Part shown: piece after piece, positions 51,232 through 62,850 of the stretch | Layout of the letters: each line of letters begins with the position of its first letter | How positions within the stretch are numbered: position 1 is the first letter of the stretch | Source: Takakia lepidozioides | Taxonomy: Eukaryota; Plantae; Bryophyta | Direction: 5' to 3' | NCBI GenBank assembly: GCA_030704615.1 | Contig: CM060733.1 | Coordinates: forward strand, 48,980,001-49,044,000 | Length of the DNA stretch: 64,000 bases | The notes under the pieces: generated by a model | Told to the model about the DNA's origin: nothing | Database searches by the model: none | The model's input: only the letters and a program-made list of their open reading frames with translations | Translations under genes and position numbers: made by a program

Positions 51232-52454
51232 TTGGCAATGCCCTCAAAGTTTGAGAGAAGATGCAAAATGAATGAAAGCGCACATCTTGCAAGACCTTAT
51301 GCAAATACATTAAATGGCTTACATTACTTATGTGTATCATCAATCCAGAAGGTCCAAATTTTTTGAGGCATGTGCTCCATCCATATTATTCTCTGACAGA
51401 AACAACTAAATGGACTATCCCCATTTTTTAAGACGACGGCGCCGTTGTTGAGATCTTAGAATCCAATGTACTGCCTTCTTCTTATGAGCATATGAAACAT
51501 AAATGCTCTGCATGTTTCCATTTATTTTACAACCAATCGTTGATTAATCGTCCAACTATGAACTGACACACTAGACGGCACAATTTATTTACAATCAAAT
51601 CCCATGACATGTATGTTGATTTGTTCTTTGATTACTCATGTATGAGTAATGAGTACAAGTATTTGTGGCGACAATTGGACTCTAAAACCAATAAATTGAT
51701 TAAGACACCCATAACAAAATATTTAGTTACTTTATCACTTACTTTATATTGTATTATGAAGGCGCCGCCACAAAGTAACATGTCAATCGTACAACCATCT
51801 TCTGAGGATCCACGTGTAACCCATGTAGTCCAAAAAACACTAACGCCAGAGTGTATAAAAAATGTTCACATTTCAGATTTGGCCAATTTGGCCTTAGCCT
51901 TCGCTCTCGCCCCCATTTCCCCCCGCTCTCCTTGGCGGGGGCAGGTTTGAACCCGCAACCTTGTGGAAAATACACCTCAACCTTACCAACAAGCCATGCT
52001 CTATTCAATGAAACAACCTCTACTTTTTTGTTAATAAACTGTTTCTTTCAGTTAAACTTGTTGCCATTACTACATGACTAACCCGGTATCATTACTACAC
52101 TAACGTAGTCTAGTATACTTGCACATTATCCCTTGCCACTCCCCCAAACAAACACACACAAACTACACAAGCACTTAACACGTCTCTAGTCTCTACACCC
52201 TGGAGACTCCCGTTGCGAAGAGGAGACGGAGGCGCCGCATCTCGGCTTTATACTATACCACCCCGAGGCAACGAGCTGTTGCGGCGATGGGGAGGAAGAA
52301 GGACACTCGAGGGGGAGGCGTTGCTGGTGGTGGTGGTGGTAGAGGCAAGCTGCGGACGGAGAAGGTAAGCTGTAGTTTTGTTTTTTTTCATGACCTGCAC
52401 TTAGGCATATGCGCCATCGCATAAGCCCCACCAAGCTGCTCCTTATCTAGCACA

Positions 52455-53555
52455 TCCGCCGGCGCAGATGCCTAAGTCACTTCAAGTCTCACAAGTTTGC
52501 GAATCTCCACACATACACACAACCGTCTCCGCCGGCGGAGACAGCTCATTCCCCTTGGTTTTTTCTGATGCTTGGAAGGGCTGGGCTGCCACCTCCGCCG
52601 GCGCATACCGTTGGAGCTGGGATGCTCGCATGTTTCAGGAAGTGCTCCTCTACTCCCATCCCGTTTATTTTTTTGCATGCTCATACGTTGCTGATGCTCC
52701 GAGCGGGTTGGGCTGGCGTATCCGCTGGCGCATACCTGTGCAGCAGGGCTGCTCAAATGTTTCAGGAAGTTCTCCCCTTTTCCATCTTCTTTGTTTTTCC
52801 GCATGCTGATGCTCCGAGTGGGCTGCGCTGGCATATCGCCGGCGCATACCCATTGAGTACATTCTTTTTTGCTCAGATCATAGGTTTCAGGAACCTCCTG
52901 CAAGCGTCTCCACCGGCGGAGACACTTGGAGCTTGGTTTTTTTTTGCATATTCCCTGTGTTACGGAAGCTCCAAAGCGCCAAGGCTGCCACCTCTGTCAA
53001 CACAGACCCGTGCAGCAGGGCTGCTCACATATTTCAGGAAGTTCTCCCCCCCTTCCATCTCTTTTGTTTCTCCGCATTCTCATAAGTTGTTGATGCTTCG
53101 AGCGGGCTGGGCTGCCATATCCGCCGGCGCATACCCATTGAGCACAATCTTTTTTTGCTTAGCTCCTAGGTTTCAGGAACCTCATGCAAGATCTCCGCCG
53201 GCGGAGATGCTTGGAGCTTGGTTTTTGTTGTATATTCCTTGTGTTACGTAAGCTCCAAAGTGTCGAGGCTGCCACCTCCGTCGGCGCAGACGCTTGGGGA
53301 ACCTTCCCTATTTTGGTTGATCACAGTATTCAAGTATCTCAAAGCTTCTACGTTGCCACCTCCACAACTCCACATGCTTCCATAGGCCTAGTTTGATCTT
53401 TCAAGGTGCTCCTGTATGTTTGGCTACAACCTCCCTTCCATGGTATGCGCCGGCGCATATGCTTGGAGCTCCTTGAGCAAAATTTCTTCAAGGGCCTCAA
53501 ATCTTGTCAAATTTTGAGTTGGTTGCACATATGTGTCATATGCGCCGGCGTAGGT
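52455..53555. repeat. Dispersed CGCCGGCG motif array within degenerate repeats
   Basis: About a dozen copies including variants, e.g. 52458, 52530, 52596, 52837, 53123, 53195, 53448, 53543. Confidence 0.8.
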
Positions 53556-53786
53556 GGTCGGAGGTCCTCTGTTGGGATGCTCACGCCTGTATTCTGCTGC
53601 AAGTTGTAAGCTTTGAAAGACAAGGATATTCATGGAATTAGTTGACTATCCAAATTCATTTGTTTTCTTCATGCAACCATGACACTGAACTGCTCTTTTT
53701 ACATATTATACATTCACACATGTGCTCTTCTCATACACTGACATCTTGAACTGTTTTGGTCTATGGAATTAGGAAATTACTACTAC

Positions 53787-54286
53787 NNNNNNNNNNNNNN
53801 NNNNNNNNNNNNNNNNNNNNNNNNNNNNNNNNNNNNNNNNNNNNNNNNNNNNNNNNNNNNNNNNNNNNNNNNNNNNNNNNNNNNNNNNNNNNNNNNNNNN
53901 NNNNNNNNNNNNNNNNNNNNNNNNNNNNNNNNNNNNNNNNNNNNNNNNNNNNNNNNNNNNNNNNNNNNNNNNNNNNNNNNNNNNNNNNNNNNNNNNNNNN
54001 NNNNNNNNNNNNNNNNNNNNNNNNNNNNNNNNNNNNNNNNNNNNNNNNNNNNNNNNNNNNNNNNNNNNNNNNNNNNNNNNNNNNNNNNNNNNNNNNNNNN
54101 NNNNNNNNNNNNNNNNNNNNNNNNNNNNNNNNNNNNNNNNNNNNNNNNNNNNNNNNNNNNNNNNNNNNNNNNNNNNNNNNNNNNNNNNNNNNNNNNNNNN
54201 NNNNNNNNNNNNNNNNNNNNNNNNNNNNNNNNNNNNNNNNNNNNNNNNNNNNNNNNNNNNNNNNNNNNNNNNNNNNNNNNNNNNNN
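53787..54286. other. Assembly gap (N run)
   Basis: 500 N. Confidence 1.
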
Positions 54287-57044
54287 TTATTTTATACATC
54301 GGCTCAAAATCTGTCTCTTCCAAGTAAAACTGTAACGGACTAGAAGCCAGGAAGGCATCGCCATAATAAAACTTCACTTCGAGCGCCCCAGGAGGGTCCG
54401 ACACCATTCTGAACTTTGTCAAGTACCGTTGTTTTAGTCTGCACAACAAACCACACATTACGAACATTACGATGCATCATACAAGAGTTATAATCAATAT
54501 TCAAAATCAGAGAGGATCAAAGTACAATGAGGTACCTCGAACGCTCCCGCAAGTGCTTGGCAAGGACCTCTTGCTGCTGGACAACGTCAACCTCCGAGAC
54601 CCCTGCACTTTTGCCTTTCGGTTTGGTTCGCTGTTTTTTGGGTGCGACAAGAACAGATACTTCTTTGTCAGCGCTAGGGGGTTCAGCCAACCGCTTTCTT
54701 TGAGCAGGCGGCCGTTTTGACCTCCTGGAATTCTCTGCAACCCTGACAATGCCGCCGGTAGGGGGAATTTCTGAGCCAGAGGTGCCTTGTTCTGAGTTTG
54801 CTGCAAGTGCTGAAGACTGCACTCCCTCGTCTGAGACGTGCTGGGGAGGTGATTGACCAAGGGCAGAAGTGTCACAGCTCACCTCCTCGGTGCTACCCCT
54901 ATCAGTGTCACCCTTCTGTTCAAACCCCTTGTCAGAGTCACGCTTCTTAGTGTCACCCTTCTCTTCGGCTACCTCCTCAGTGTCACGATTCTCAGTGTCA
55001 CCCTTCTCTTCGGCTTCCTTCTCAATGTCACCCTTCTCTTCGGCTACCTCCTCAGAGTAACTGTCGCGCACCTCACTTCGGTAAGCTCCCCTTCAAGTCA
55101 TAGTTACTCGCTTTGATGCGCGCGCCTGACTCCCAACCTGGCCGCCGGGCCAACTTGGAGCTTCGGCTGCTCACCGGGACATAACGGTCCCCCTTCGCTC
55201 TCCCACTAAAACTACTCCCCTTATATATACTTCTGTAGCTGTCCGCGGGGGTTTCATAACCAGCCATGCCATTTTATGGCGAACCACCACGAAAACCCTC
55301 GACTCCCGGTGATGAGTCGCGGTGAGTCTTGGCCCACTCACCACGGCCCCTATGGACCGTGATGAGTCCCAAGACTCCCCACGACTCCCACCACGAGGTC
55401 TCCGCCCCCATGGTGAGTCCTATGCCACCCCCACTAAGTCCCGCTAAGCTACCACCACCCCTTGTGGAGCCACCCCCACCGCAACCCGGTGTGCGGGGCT
55501 CCACCTAGTGAGCGCCTCCGCCTCCTTGAGTGCCTTGGGCACTCAAGGGTGCTTCAGCCCCCCATACCTATCGCTGCCGCTGCCCCCACCACAGGGGCAG
55601 CCCCTCATGTGTCCCGACCCCCTGCCCTCAAGGCAAAGGGCCGCGACAGTCACGCATCTCAGTGTCACCCTTCTCTCCGGCTACCTTCTCAGTGTCACTG
55701 GTCTCATGTCACCCTTCTCTTTGGCCGCATTAATAGTGTCACTCTTCGCAGTGTCACCCTTCTCATCGGGTTCCTTCCCAGTGTCACTCTGCTGAGTAAC
55801 AATCTTATGTGTGTCACCCTTGGCAGTGTCACTCTTCTCAGTGTCTAGATGCTCCGCAACATCCTTCTCTTCGTGACTCTCCACAGTGAAACGCTTCTCA
55901 GTGTGACCCTGCTTTGTGTCACCCTTCCAACTGACAACCTCCTCGGTGACACCCTTCCCCGTGTCACGCATGTCGATGTCACTCTTCTTTGCATCAACCT
56001 CCTCAATGCCATCCTTGATTGTGTCGCCCTTCTCCGCACCCTCCAAGACCATGTTGACTAGCAGAAGACCGTCATCCGTCGCGACTAGTGGCCGTGGCAA
56101 AGGAGTGTCACCTTCCACGACTAGTGGTAGTGGAATGTCATCCATGGCAGTGTTACACTCACTGACATCTGCCATGTGGGTTGGCTGTGGGGTGTCACCC
56201 CTATCAGTGTAACCCATGTCAATGTCACTCTCAACGGAAGTTGCAGTGTTCACGGGCAATGGTGTGTCACCCACGACAATGTCTCTCACGGCATTGTCAG
56301 CCACACCGGTATCCGCAGTGTCACCCTGAGGTGCAGTGTAACCCTCCTTCCCTGTTGCTCCTCTCTGCACAGTGTCACCCTCAGGTGCAGTGTAACCCTC
56401 GGTTTCAGGGCATCCTCCCCTTGCAGTGTCACCCTACGCATCAATGGGACCCACGAAGGCTGGGTCATTCTGAGAGAGGTTGACCACATGATCCTGACAA
56501 ATACTTACATTGCTGCATCGAGGGTTCAACCCAACATCTCCAGATTCAAAGTCATACACAGACTCTGGGTCAAGCAGGTCCCCGATTCTTCGATTAAGAC
56601 CTTCAAAAGAAATGACTGGGGCTGCGGACAAAGAGGTTCGCACTTGGGTGTTCCACCTTGATGTATCATCTTCAGTATTAGTATCAGAATTCATGGGCAA
56701 ATCCCGCGTCAAGTCTGCTAGGTTCACCCCTAAGTGCAGCTGGGTTGAGTACAATTCACCAACCTGCGACAAAGATACAACGGCAGATTGACTTGGAATG
56801 ATGTCCTCGTCATGTACATCGTCGCTCTGCGGGGCGGAAATTGGCCCATCGCTCGTCTGCGCGCCCCCTGCGCCCTCTGTATCGCATTGTGGAGGGGCCC
56901 CATACACAACTTCGTGAAGCTCACGTTGAGCCTCAAAAAGGTTTTTGAACGCATTGGCGACTTGATTGGTCATGAGCTCGGACTCATCTGCATCGGGGAA
57001 AAGACAAAGGTTTTTAGTCGTGGAAAGAGGTTTTTGAAAGTGCA

Positions 57045-57455
57045 AGGGTTACACTATGTAAGGGTTACACTGACTAGGACAAGACAGTGGTTCGGATTAT
57101 ACGATGTGGGTTATACCACCCTGTTTGAGATAGTAGTTTGCAATGGGTTACACTACCATGGGTTACACTACTGAGATTACACAACGAGAGGGTAACAAAT
57201 CTAGGGTAACACAGCGAGGGGTACCATTAGGGGTACACTGATTACAGGGTTACATACTCCGAGGGTTACACTGATTACAGGGTTACACACAGCGAGGGTT
57301 ACACTGAGTACAAGGTTCCACATAGCGAGGGTTACACTGATTACAGGGTTACACACAACGAGGGTTACACTGAGTTACAAGGTTCCACATAGCGAGGGTT
57401 ACAATGATTACAAGATTACACAGAAATGGGTTACACGACGAGAGGGGTGACAGTG
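57045..57455. repeat. Intronic GGGTTACAC array
   Basis: Tandem GAGGGTTACACTGATTACAGGGTTACAC units. Confidence 0.9.
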
Positions 57456-58369
57456 GATGGAGTAACACTTACAGAGATACCAAGGCACTACAGACCCAAG
57501 GTCTCTCATGTACTAGATGCCCAAACGCGCATTGAAGTCCATTTCTGTTGGTGATTCGCTGAAGAGGCCACAACACCAAAGCTGGATAAACGATTCTCTC
57601 TGTTGGATCGCAAAGTGATGGGCGGCGCGACGACGGCTTGCCTTGCAAAACTGTATAGCTCCGTTGATCTTAATTGACCGGTCACCCCACTCTTCTGTAC
57701 TCAAACTCGATCTTAAGTCTTCGAGCTCAGAATCCAAGGTCGCAATTCCGTCACCAGGTTGTGCAAAGTACATCAGACTAAAGCCGTAATACTCATCGAC
57801 CAGGTCCTTCACCTTTGAGGCCGTAAGAGCACTTTCCAGAAGTTCAGTCGTGAACCCCAACCTGGGATGCGTTTGGGAAACTGACCTGCCATGATTTCTT
57901 ACATCGTTGTGGGCCAGAATTCTCAAAAGGAGTGGTGGCGGTCCAATGTGCGGTTTGGTGAGATTCTCCATTTGACTGATCAATCCTTCGGCAAAACCAC
58001 GAGTGAATTCCAACGGATCTGGAACAACCAAACCTTTGATTCCATCTACAGTAATAGTGATGACAAGAGGATTTGAAGTTCTGGCATCGTCAAGGTCGGT
58101 ATTGCCAACAGCTAGTTCGTCCATCGTGTCATCATCATGTGAGGCTTGGCTCTCTCGATGGACTCGTGTAAGTCTCCCACCTTTTTTCTTTTTCTGCTTT
58201 GGCATGTCAGGATGCCCAATGCTCTCTAAATACTCCTTCACCCGATTCAATTCCTCTATCATTAACGGACCATGATCCGGCTGGGCAGTAAACGCCTTGT
58301 GGGCAGCAACAACACTGTCCATATCATCGCTTCTAAGATGATATCGAGCTCCCTGCGCAATACAACGTG

Positions 58370-58570
58370 AAGGGTTACACCAGAGAAAAAGGTTACAACA
58401 CGAGGGGTTACACATGAAAATGGGTTACAAACAAGATGGGCTACACGGGGTTACACAGAGGTAGGTTACACACCATAGGGGTTTTTAAAAGGGGTCCTCT
58501 GTAGGTGGGTTACACTCTGGGTTACACGCCACAGGAGAGACAGGGGGGGTAACACAAGGGGTTACATGGA
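58370..58570. repeat. Intronic GGGTTACAC array
   Basis: About 10 GGGTTACA copies between 58353 and 58620. Confidence 0.85.
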
Positions 58571-59644
58571 TAGACAACAGCCCAAAATTTGAAAAACAGA
58601 GAAATGGCAGGGAATCCAACTTGATTGTCTGTCGATAGAACCCAACTTGATTTTGCAGCTGTCGCATGGACTGTGCCCTCGCCTCGCGCAACAAATTCTT
58701 GGAATGCCGGCCAAAACCCCTTCTCATTGACATTCGGAAATGGGAACTGAGGAATAAGGCCATGCGGTAGCAAGAGGATTGAACTTGGAGTTCGCTTTCG
58801 CAAGATGAACCTTGAGCTCCGGTTTCCCCGGTTTCCAATGTTGATTTTCTTTGCAATAGGGACAGGTAGAGGTGGGCTCAATCGCCGCTTGTCTCTCTCG
58901 TTAGAAACCTGCCGAATAGAAGGACCAGGGACAGAAACAGCAGGAGCACCAGAAGATGGAACCTCTGTAGCAGAAATAGCCGAAGAAGGTACAATAGCAG
59001 GCACTTCAATAGGATCTGCAATCTCACCCAAAGCCACCCTATTTTGCAGAATCCATGCATGATATGCATCAACAGAAGAAGCTGGAACATAATTCATCAC
59101 ATTTTCAATAGCCATGGCATGCTTGAGCTCCTCATCAGGAAACGGTTTTGTTCCTTTCGGTCTGGCCATACATGCGCCTGTTCCTTCGACAATATGCCGA
59201 TTCAATCTGCTCTTATCTACCTTTACTGCCCCACATTAAGGACATTTGAACTTAGGCCGGCCCTTTGATCCCTCCACCTTGGCCTCTCTACACCTGGTGT
59301 GGCAGTACGCGATCATTGTAGCATGCTCATGCTCAGTGTGCCAGAAGCGAACTCGTTCGCCATCCCTTTTCAAGTGATCAAATGGAATAGTAGCCTCTCC
59401 AGGGAACAAATAACAATCAGCCATGACAAAAGAAAAAGCTGACAGAAGAGAAGAGAAGAGCAAGAGCAAGAAAAGACAAGACAAGAAAAGACCAAGACCA
59501 AGAGAATTCCGAAGAACGCACAACAGGGAGCACGCACAGCAAGGAGTGCAGGAAGAATAGGAAAGGCTGCGAGAAGGGGAAAATTGAACAATGATCAAAG
59601 AACGAAGAACGAAGCTAGCTAGATGTCACCCGTAAGGCATGTCG

Positions 59645-60050
59645 CACTACAACAGATGAGCGTTTTTATGACTGCACATATGACTATTTTTTCAGTCCTA
59701 TATGCGTTCATGACTATATCACTTTGTAGTGAAAAACGCCCTGTCATAGCGACTAGTCTTTAGGACTGTGTTTTGCAAGTCATAGCCGTGACTGCGTGCG
59801 TGGCACCTGGAGTCATGCTGTAGAGAGGATGTAGTCACAACTATATGATTTATATATGACTAACTATATGACTACATGTCCACAAAGTATAACTCCATTG
59901 GAGAGGCGTCAGAGAGACATATGTAGCACTCCGGATGTGACACGTGTCCACATGGACAACATATATAACCCACACGTGGGAAAGAAATATCGTATCATAT
60001 AATGCCACGTTGCCATGATGTAGTCATGAGTATATAACTTCATGACTAAA
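59645..60050 (+). mobile_element. CACTA-like terminal fragment
   Basis: CACTACAACAGATGAG followed by dense ATGACTA/TAGTCAT repeats. Confidence 0.55.
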
Positions 60051-60811
60051 GTGGTTTTTTAATAATATTTTAATTTAATACATTAAATCATACAATTATA
60101 ATATTTAGATTATTAATTGATTTAAATTCTCATTAGGTTTCTAGGAAAATAGAATGGAAACCATTGTTGTCTTTTTTTATTATTTTTATTTTTGTTAACA
60201 AAGAGGGACAGTGGGGGACAGTGGCCTCTAGAACTTTATAGGTAATTGACATAAAATGTCCTTGGATACAAAGAGGAAAAATAACCTCTGGATAGAGTGC
60301 CATAGAGGCTGAAAGAGGAGGGTTACATAGGGGTGGGGGTGACACTCTGCGTTGTTATAGAGGGTTACATGGGTTACAGAGGGTTACATGGTGGTGTGGG
60401 TTACACTCGACGGAGTTACAGAGGTTACATGGGGGTGATGGTTGAACCCGGGGCGGGGGTTACAGGGAACTAGCGGACTGCTGGAAGCGGCGGACTAGTG
60501 TCGCAGAACGACGACGACGCCGATGGGATGAGGGCGGGGGTGGGGAGGGATTGACCGAGCCCAGCCGGCTGCCTTTCGGAGGCGAAGAACCGGCGGTACG
60601 GGTGTCAGGGCTGGACCGTCCTGACGCGCTTGCATTAAGTTCTTACATTATTCCTATTATCTTCCCAATGGAAGCCAATAGTGACTCCCTTTGGGATGAA
60701 GATACACCATAATTTACATTCCCTTTTCTTTTTTAAAACATAGACCAATTTGGCTACCATGCACATACATAAATGAAATTGTGATTGTTGGCAATGGGTT
60801 CCGTCTTTATA

Positions 60812-61643
60812 CCGTAGTGGGATAGCCGGTTAGGCACTTGGCTGCCTAATAATTATATTTGGCAGTTAGGCACTTTCAAGAAAAGTTTCTAAATTAGGCA
60901 TCTTGGATGGGTAAAATTTTAAAATTAGGGAACTAAAAATAATGACCATAAAACAAAAATACAAAACTGAAAAATAGAATACAAACTCAACCACCTACAG
61001 GCTGCCTGTCACCTGCATAAGTGGGCAACTCTTTGGTTGTGGGAGGCTTGGTGTCATGTTGGATTTCATACAGAGGTGATTGTGTTTGGTTGGGAACAAT
61101 GTCATTCTACGTGCATTTGAACACATGTTTCAAGGAGAGGCTATAAGAGCTCACTTTGCAAGTGACTTGTTTGCCACAACTGATGATGTCTTGGAAAGTT
61201 GTTATGGAAGATGTCCCAGATATCTATCTTGATCTTAGTGTAGTTGACAGCATGGCATATTGAAGACAAAGAGCTTTTTAATCTCAATGATAGTTCAGAA
61301 TCTGAGGAAAGCTTGAGGGATGCGAGGCAAACTATGATGAAATAGGATGAAATAGTTGAGTCAATGCAAAGACCTCTGGAGATTATCTGGAGCTAGTACA
61401 CGCATCAAATAAGATGAAGTAGAAAGAAACTGGATATCATTTTAGATTTTTTTCATTTATATTTTTTCTAATTTAAATTCAAGTTTTTATACTATTAGGC
61501 ACTTTTGGGATTGTTTTTTGAAAATTCAATAGGCACTCTTTGAAGATATTTCCTAAATTAGGCACTCTTGTCAAAATTTATTTATTTTGGTTAGACATTT
61601 TCTTTTCGAATTAATTTCTGCCTAACCGGCTATCCCACTACAT
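60812..61643 (+). mobile_element. Non-autonomous Tc1/pogo-like element
   Basis: TIR GTAGTGGGATAGCCGGTTAGGCA (60814-60836) / TGCCTAACCGGCTATCCCACTAC (61619-61641). TA on both flanks, internal TTAGGCA repeats, remnant WLWEAWCHV..VIVFGWEQC resembling a DDE_1 C-terminus. Confidence 0.75.
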
Positions 61644-62663
61644 TAGTACATAAAATGGCATGATAAGCATGTCCCATATCAACAAAGAAAGATGTGCATG
61701 TTTTGAGATCATACTTGGATCTCTATGGATGTCTAGATGTTGGTCCGAGCTTGGTTGGGTAGCATGTGCGCAAGCTCATGCCACTCTGAGCATCACACAG
61801 TGAATATTCAGTATATTTAATATCAAACATTGCTTGAAGATACTATGACGAAACGAGAAAGTTGGGCTCACGACAAATTGCAAAAGCATTTCAAAAGTCT
61901 GCTGCAGTTAAGTTAAGGGAAATTAATTGAATACAATTTGGGCTTTGTTCCTTTTTCTCTAAGACTTTTTTAAGAAAACGAGTCGGGTGACCTTCTATAT
62001 GAAGAAATGCTCAAAATAACGAAATTCCATCCCCAAATAGTAGTAAATGACCTGTGAATGAAACCATTTTTCATTCATCCCTAATATTTCACCTTTTAAA
62101 AAACATTTGGAAGAATTTGTTTTTTAAAGGGAACAGAGGGGACAGAGGCCCTGATGAAACTTATTTAGAATTATTAGAGGGGGAAAATTAATCGAGTACA
62201 CCATTCAAAGGCACACACATATTTCACCTTTCTGTCGACGGTTAAGTTAGTTAATTGGCCACAAAATCGTCCCATAAAATTTTGTTAAAGTAAAGGTTGG
62301 ACGGAATACTTGTCTAGACCCATCCAAATCCCACAGAATGTCTCGTATCCCGAAATAGATATTCGAGTTTCGGACGTGCAGTTTCTGTGTGCCACCGTCT
62401 CCAGGTGTCCAACATGTCATCACAGAAATAGAGTAAGAGAATGTCGGCGATGCCTCGGGACTGCAGCCTGCTCTGCACCGTCCACCTGTGCCTGCCTCTG
62501 CTTTTGCATTCTTCACGATTTTTCTGCGCCTTCCGTGGACGGTGTTGCTGATGGACGATCCGAAGCTCCCGCATGTCCTGTACTTATGAGCGTCGGACAG
62601 AACAAGGGGCTCCACGCATCCTTGAATTGAATGAGGGAACGAGTTTTGTCTCTAAGCTCTCGT

Positions 62664-62850
62664 TCATTTCAGCTCTCGTCCTCTCTCTCCCGCTACATGC
62701 ATTTCGCTCCAGCGAGCAGCCACGGAGGCATAGGACAGGTATTGTTTCTACTTAGGATTGCTTAGGAGATGCATTTCAGCTCTCGTTCTCTCTCTCCCGT
62801 TACATGCATTTCGCTCCGGCCAGCAGCCATGGAGGCATAGGACGGGTATG
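62664..62850. repeat. ~75-bp direct duplication
   Basis: CATTTCAGCTCTCGT...GGAGGCATAGGAC at ~62664 and ~62772. Confidence 0.8.

Larger units (their letters stand above)
54287..59424 (-). pseudogene. MULE accessory gene of unknown function (N-terminal C2HC-like zinc finger, long acidic GDT-repeat region), running into the gap
   Basis: Phase-consistent exons 59424-58621, 58352-57473, 56987-54536, 54438-<54287. FKCP*CGAVKVDKSRLNRHIVEGTGAC. In-frame stops at 59236, 57513 and 56434, plus frameshifts in exon 3. Confidence 0.72.
34566..60665. mobile_element. Giant Mutator-like element (MULE), 26.1 kb
   Basis: TIR GGAAGATAATAGGAATAATGTAAGAACTTAATGCAAGCGCGTCAGGA... at 34566 and its reverse complement ending at 60665 (~350 bp alignable). 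9-bp TSD CAATGGAAG at 34557-34565 and 60666-60674. Internal MULE transposases. Confidence 0.92.

Noticed and set aside
53756-54343. ORFs spanning the N run
   Set aside because: Artefacts of the assembly gap.
60831-61566. TTAGGC as nematode-type telomere repeat
   Set aside because: Copies are spaced subterminal motifs within a TIR element, not tandem.
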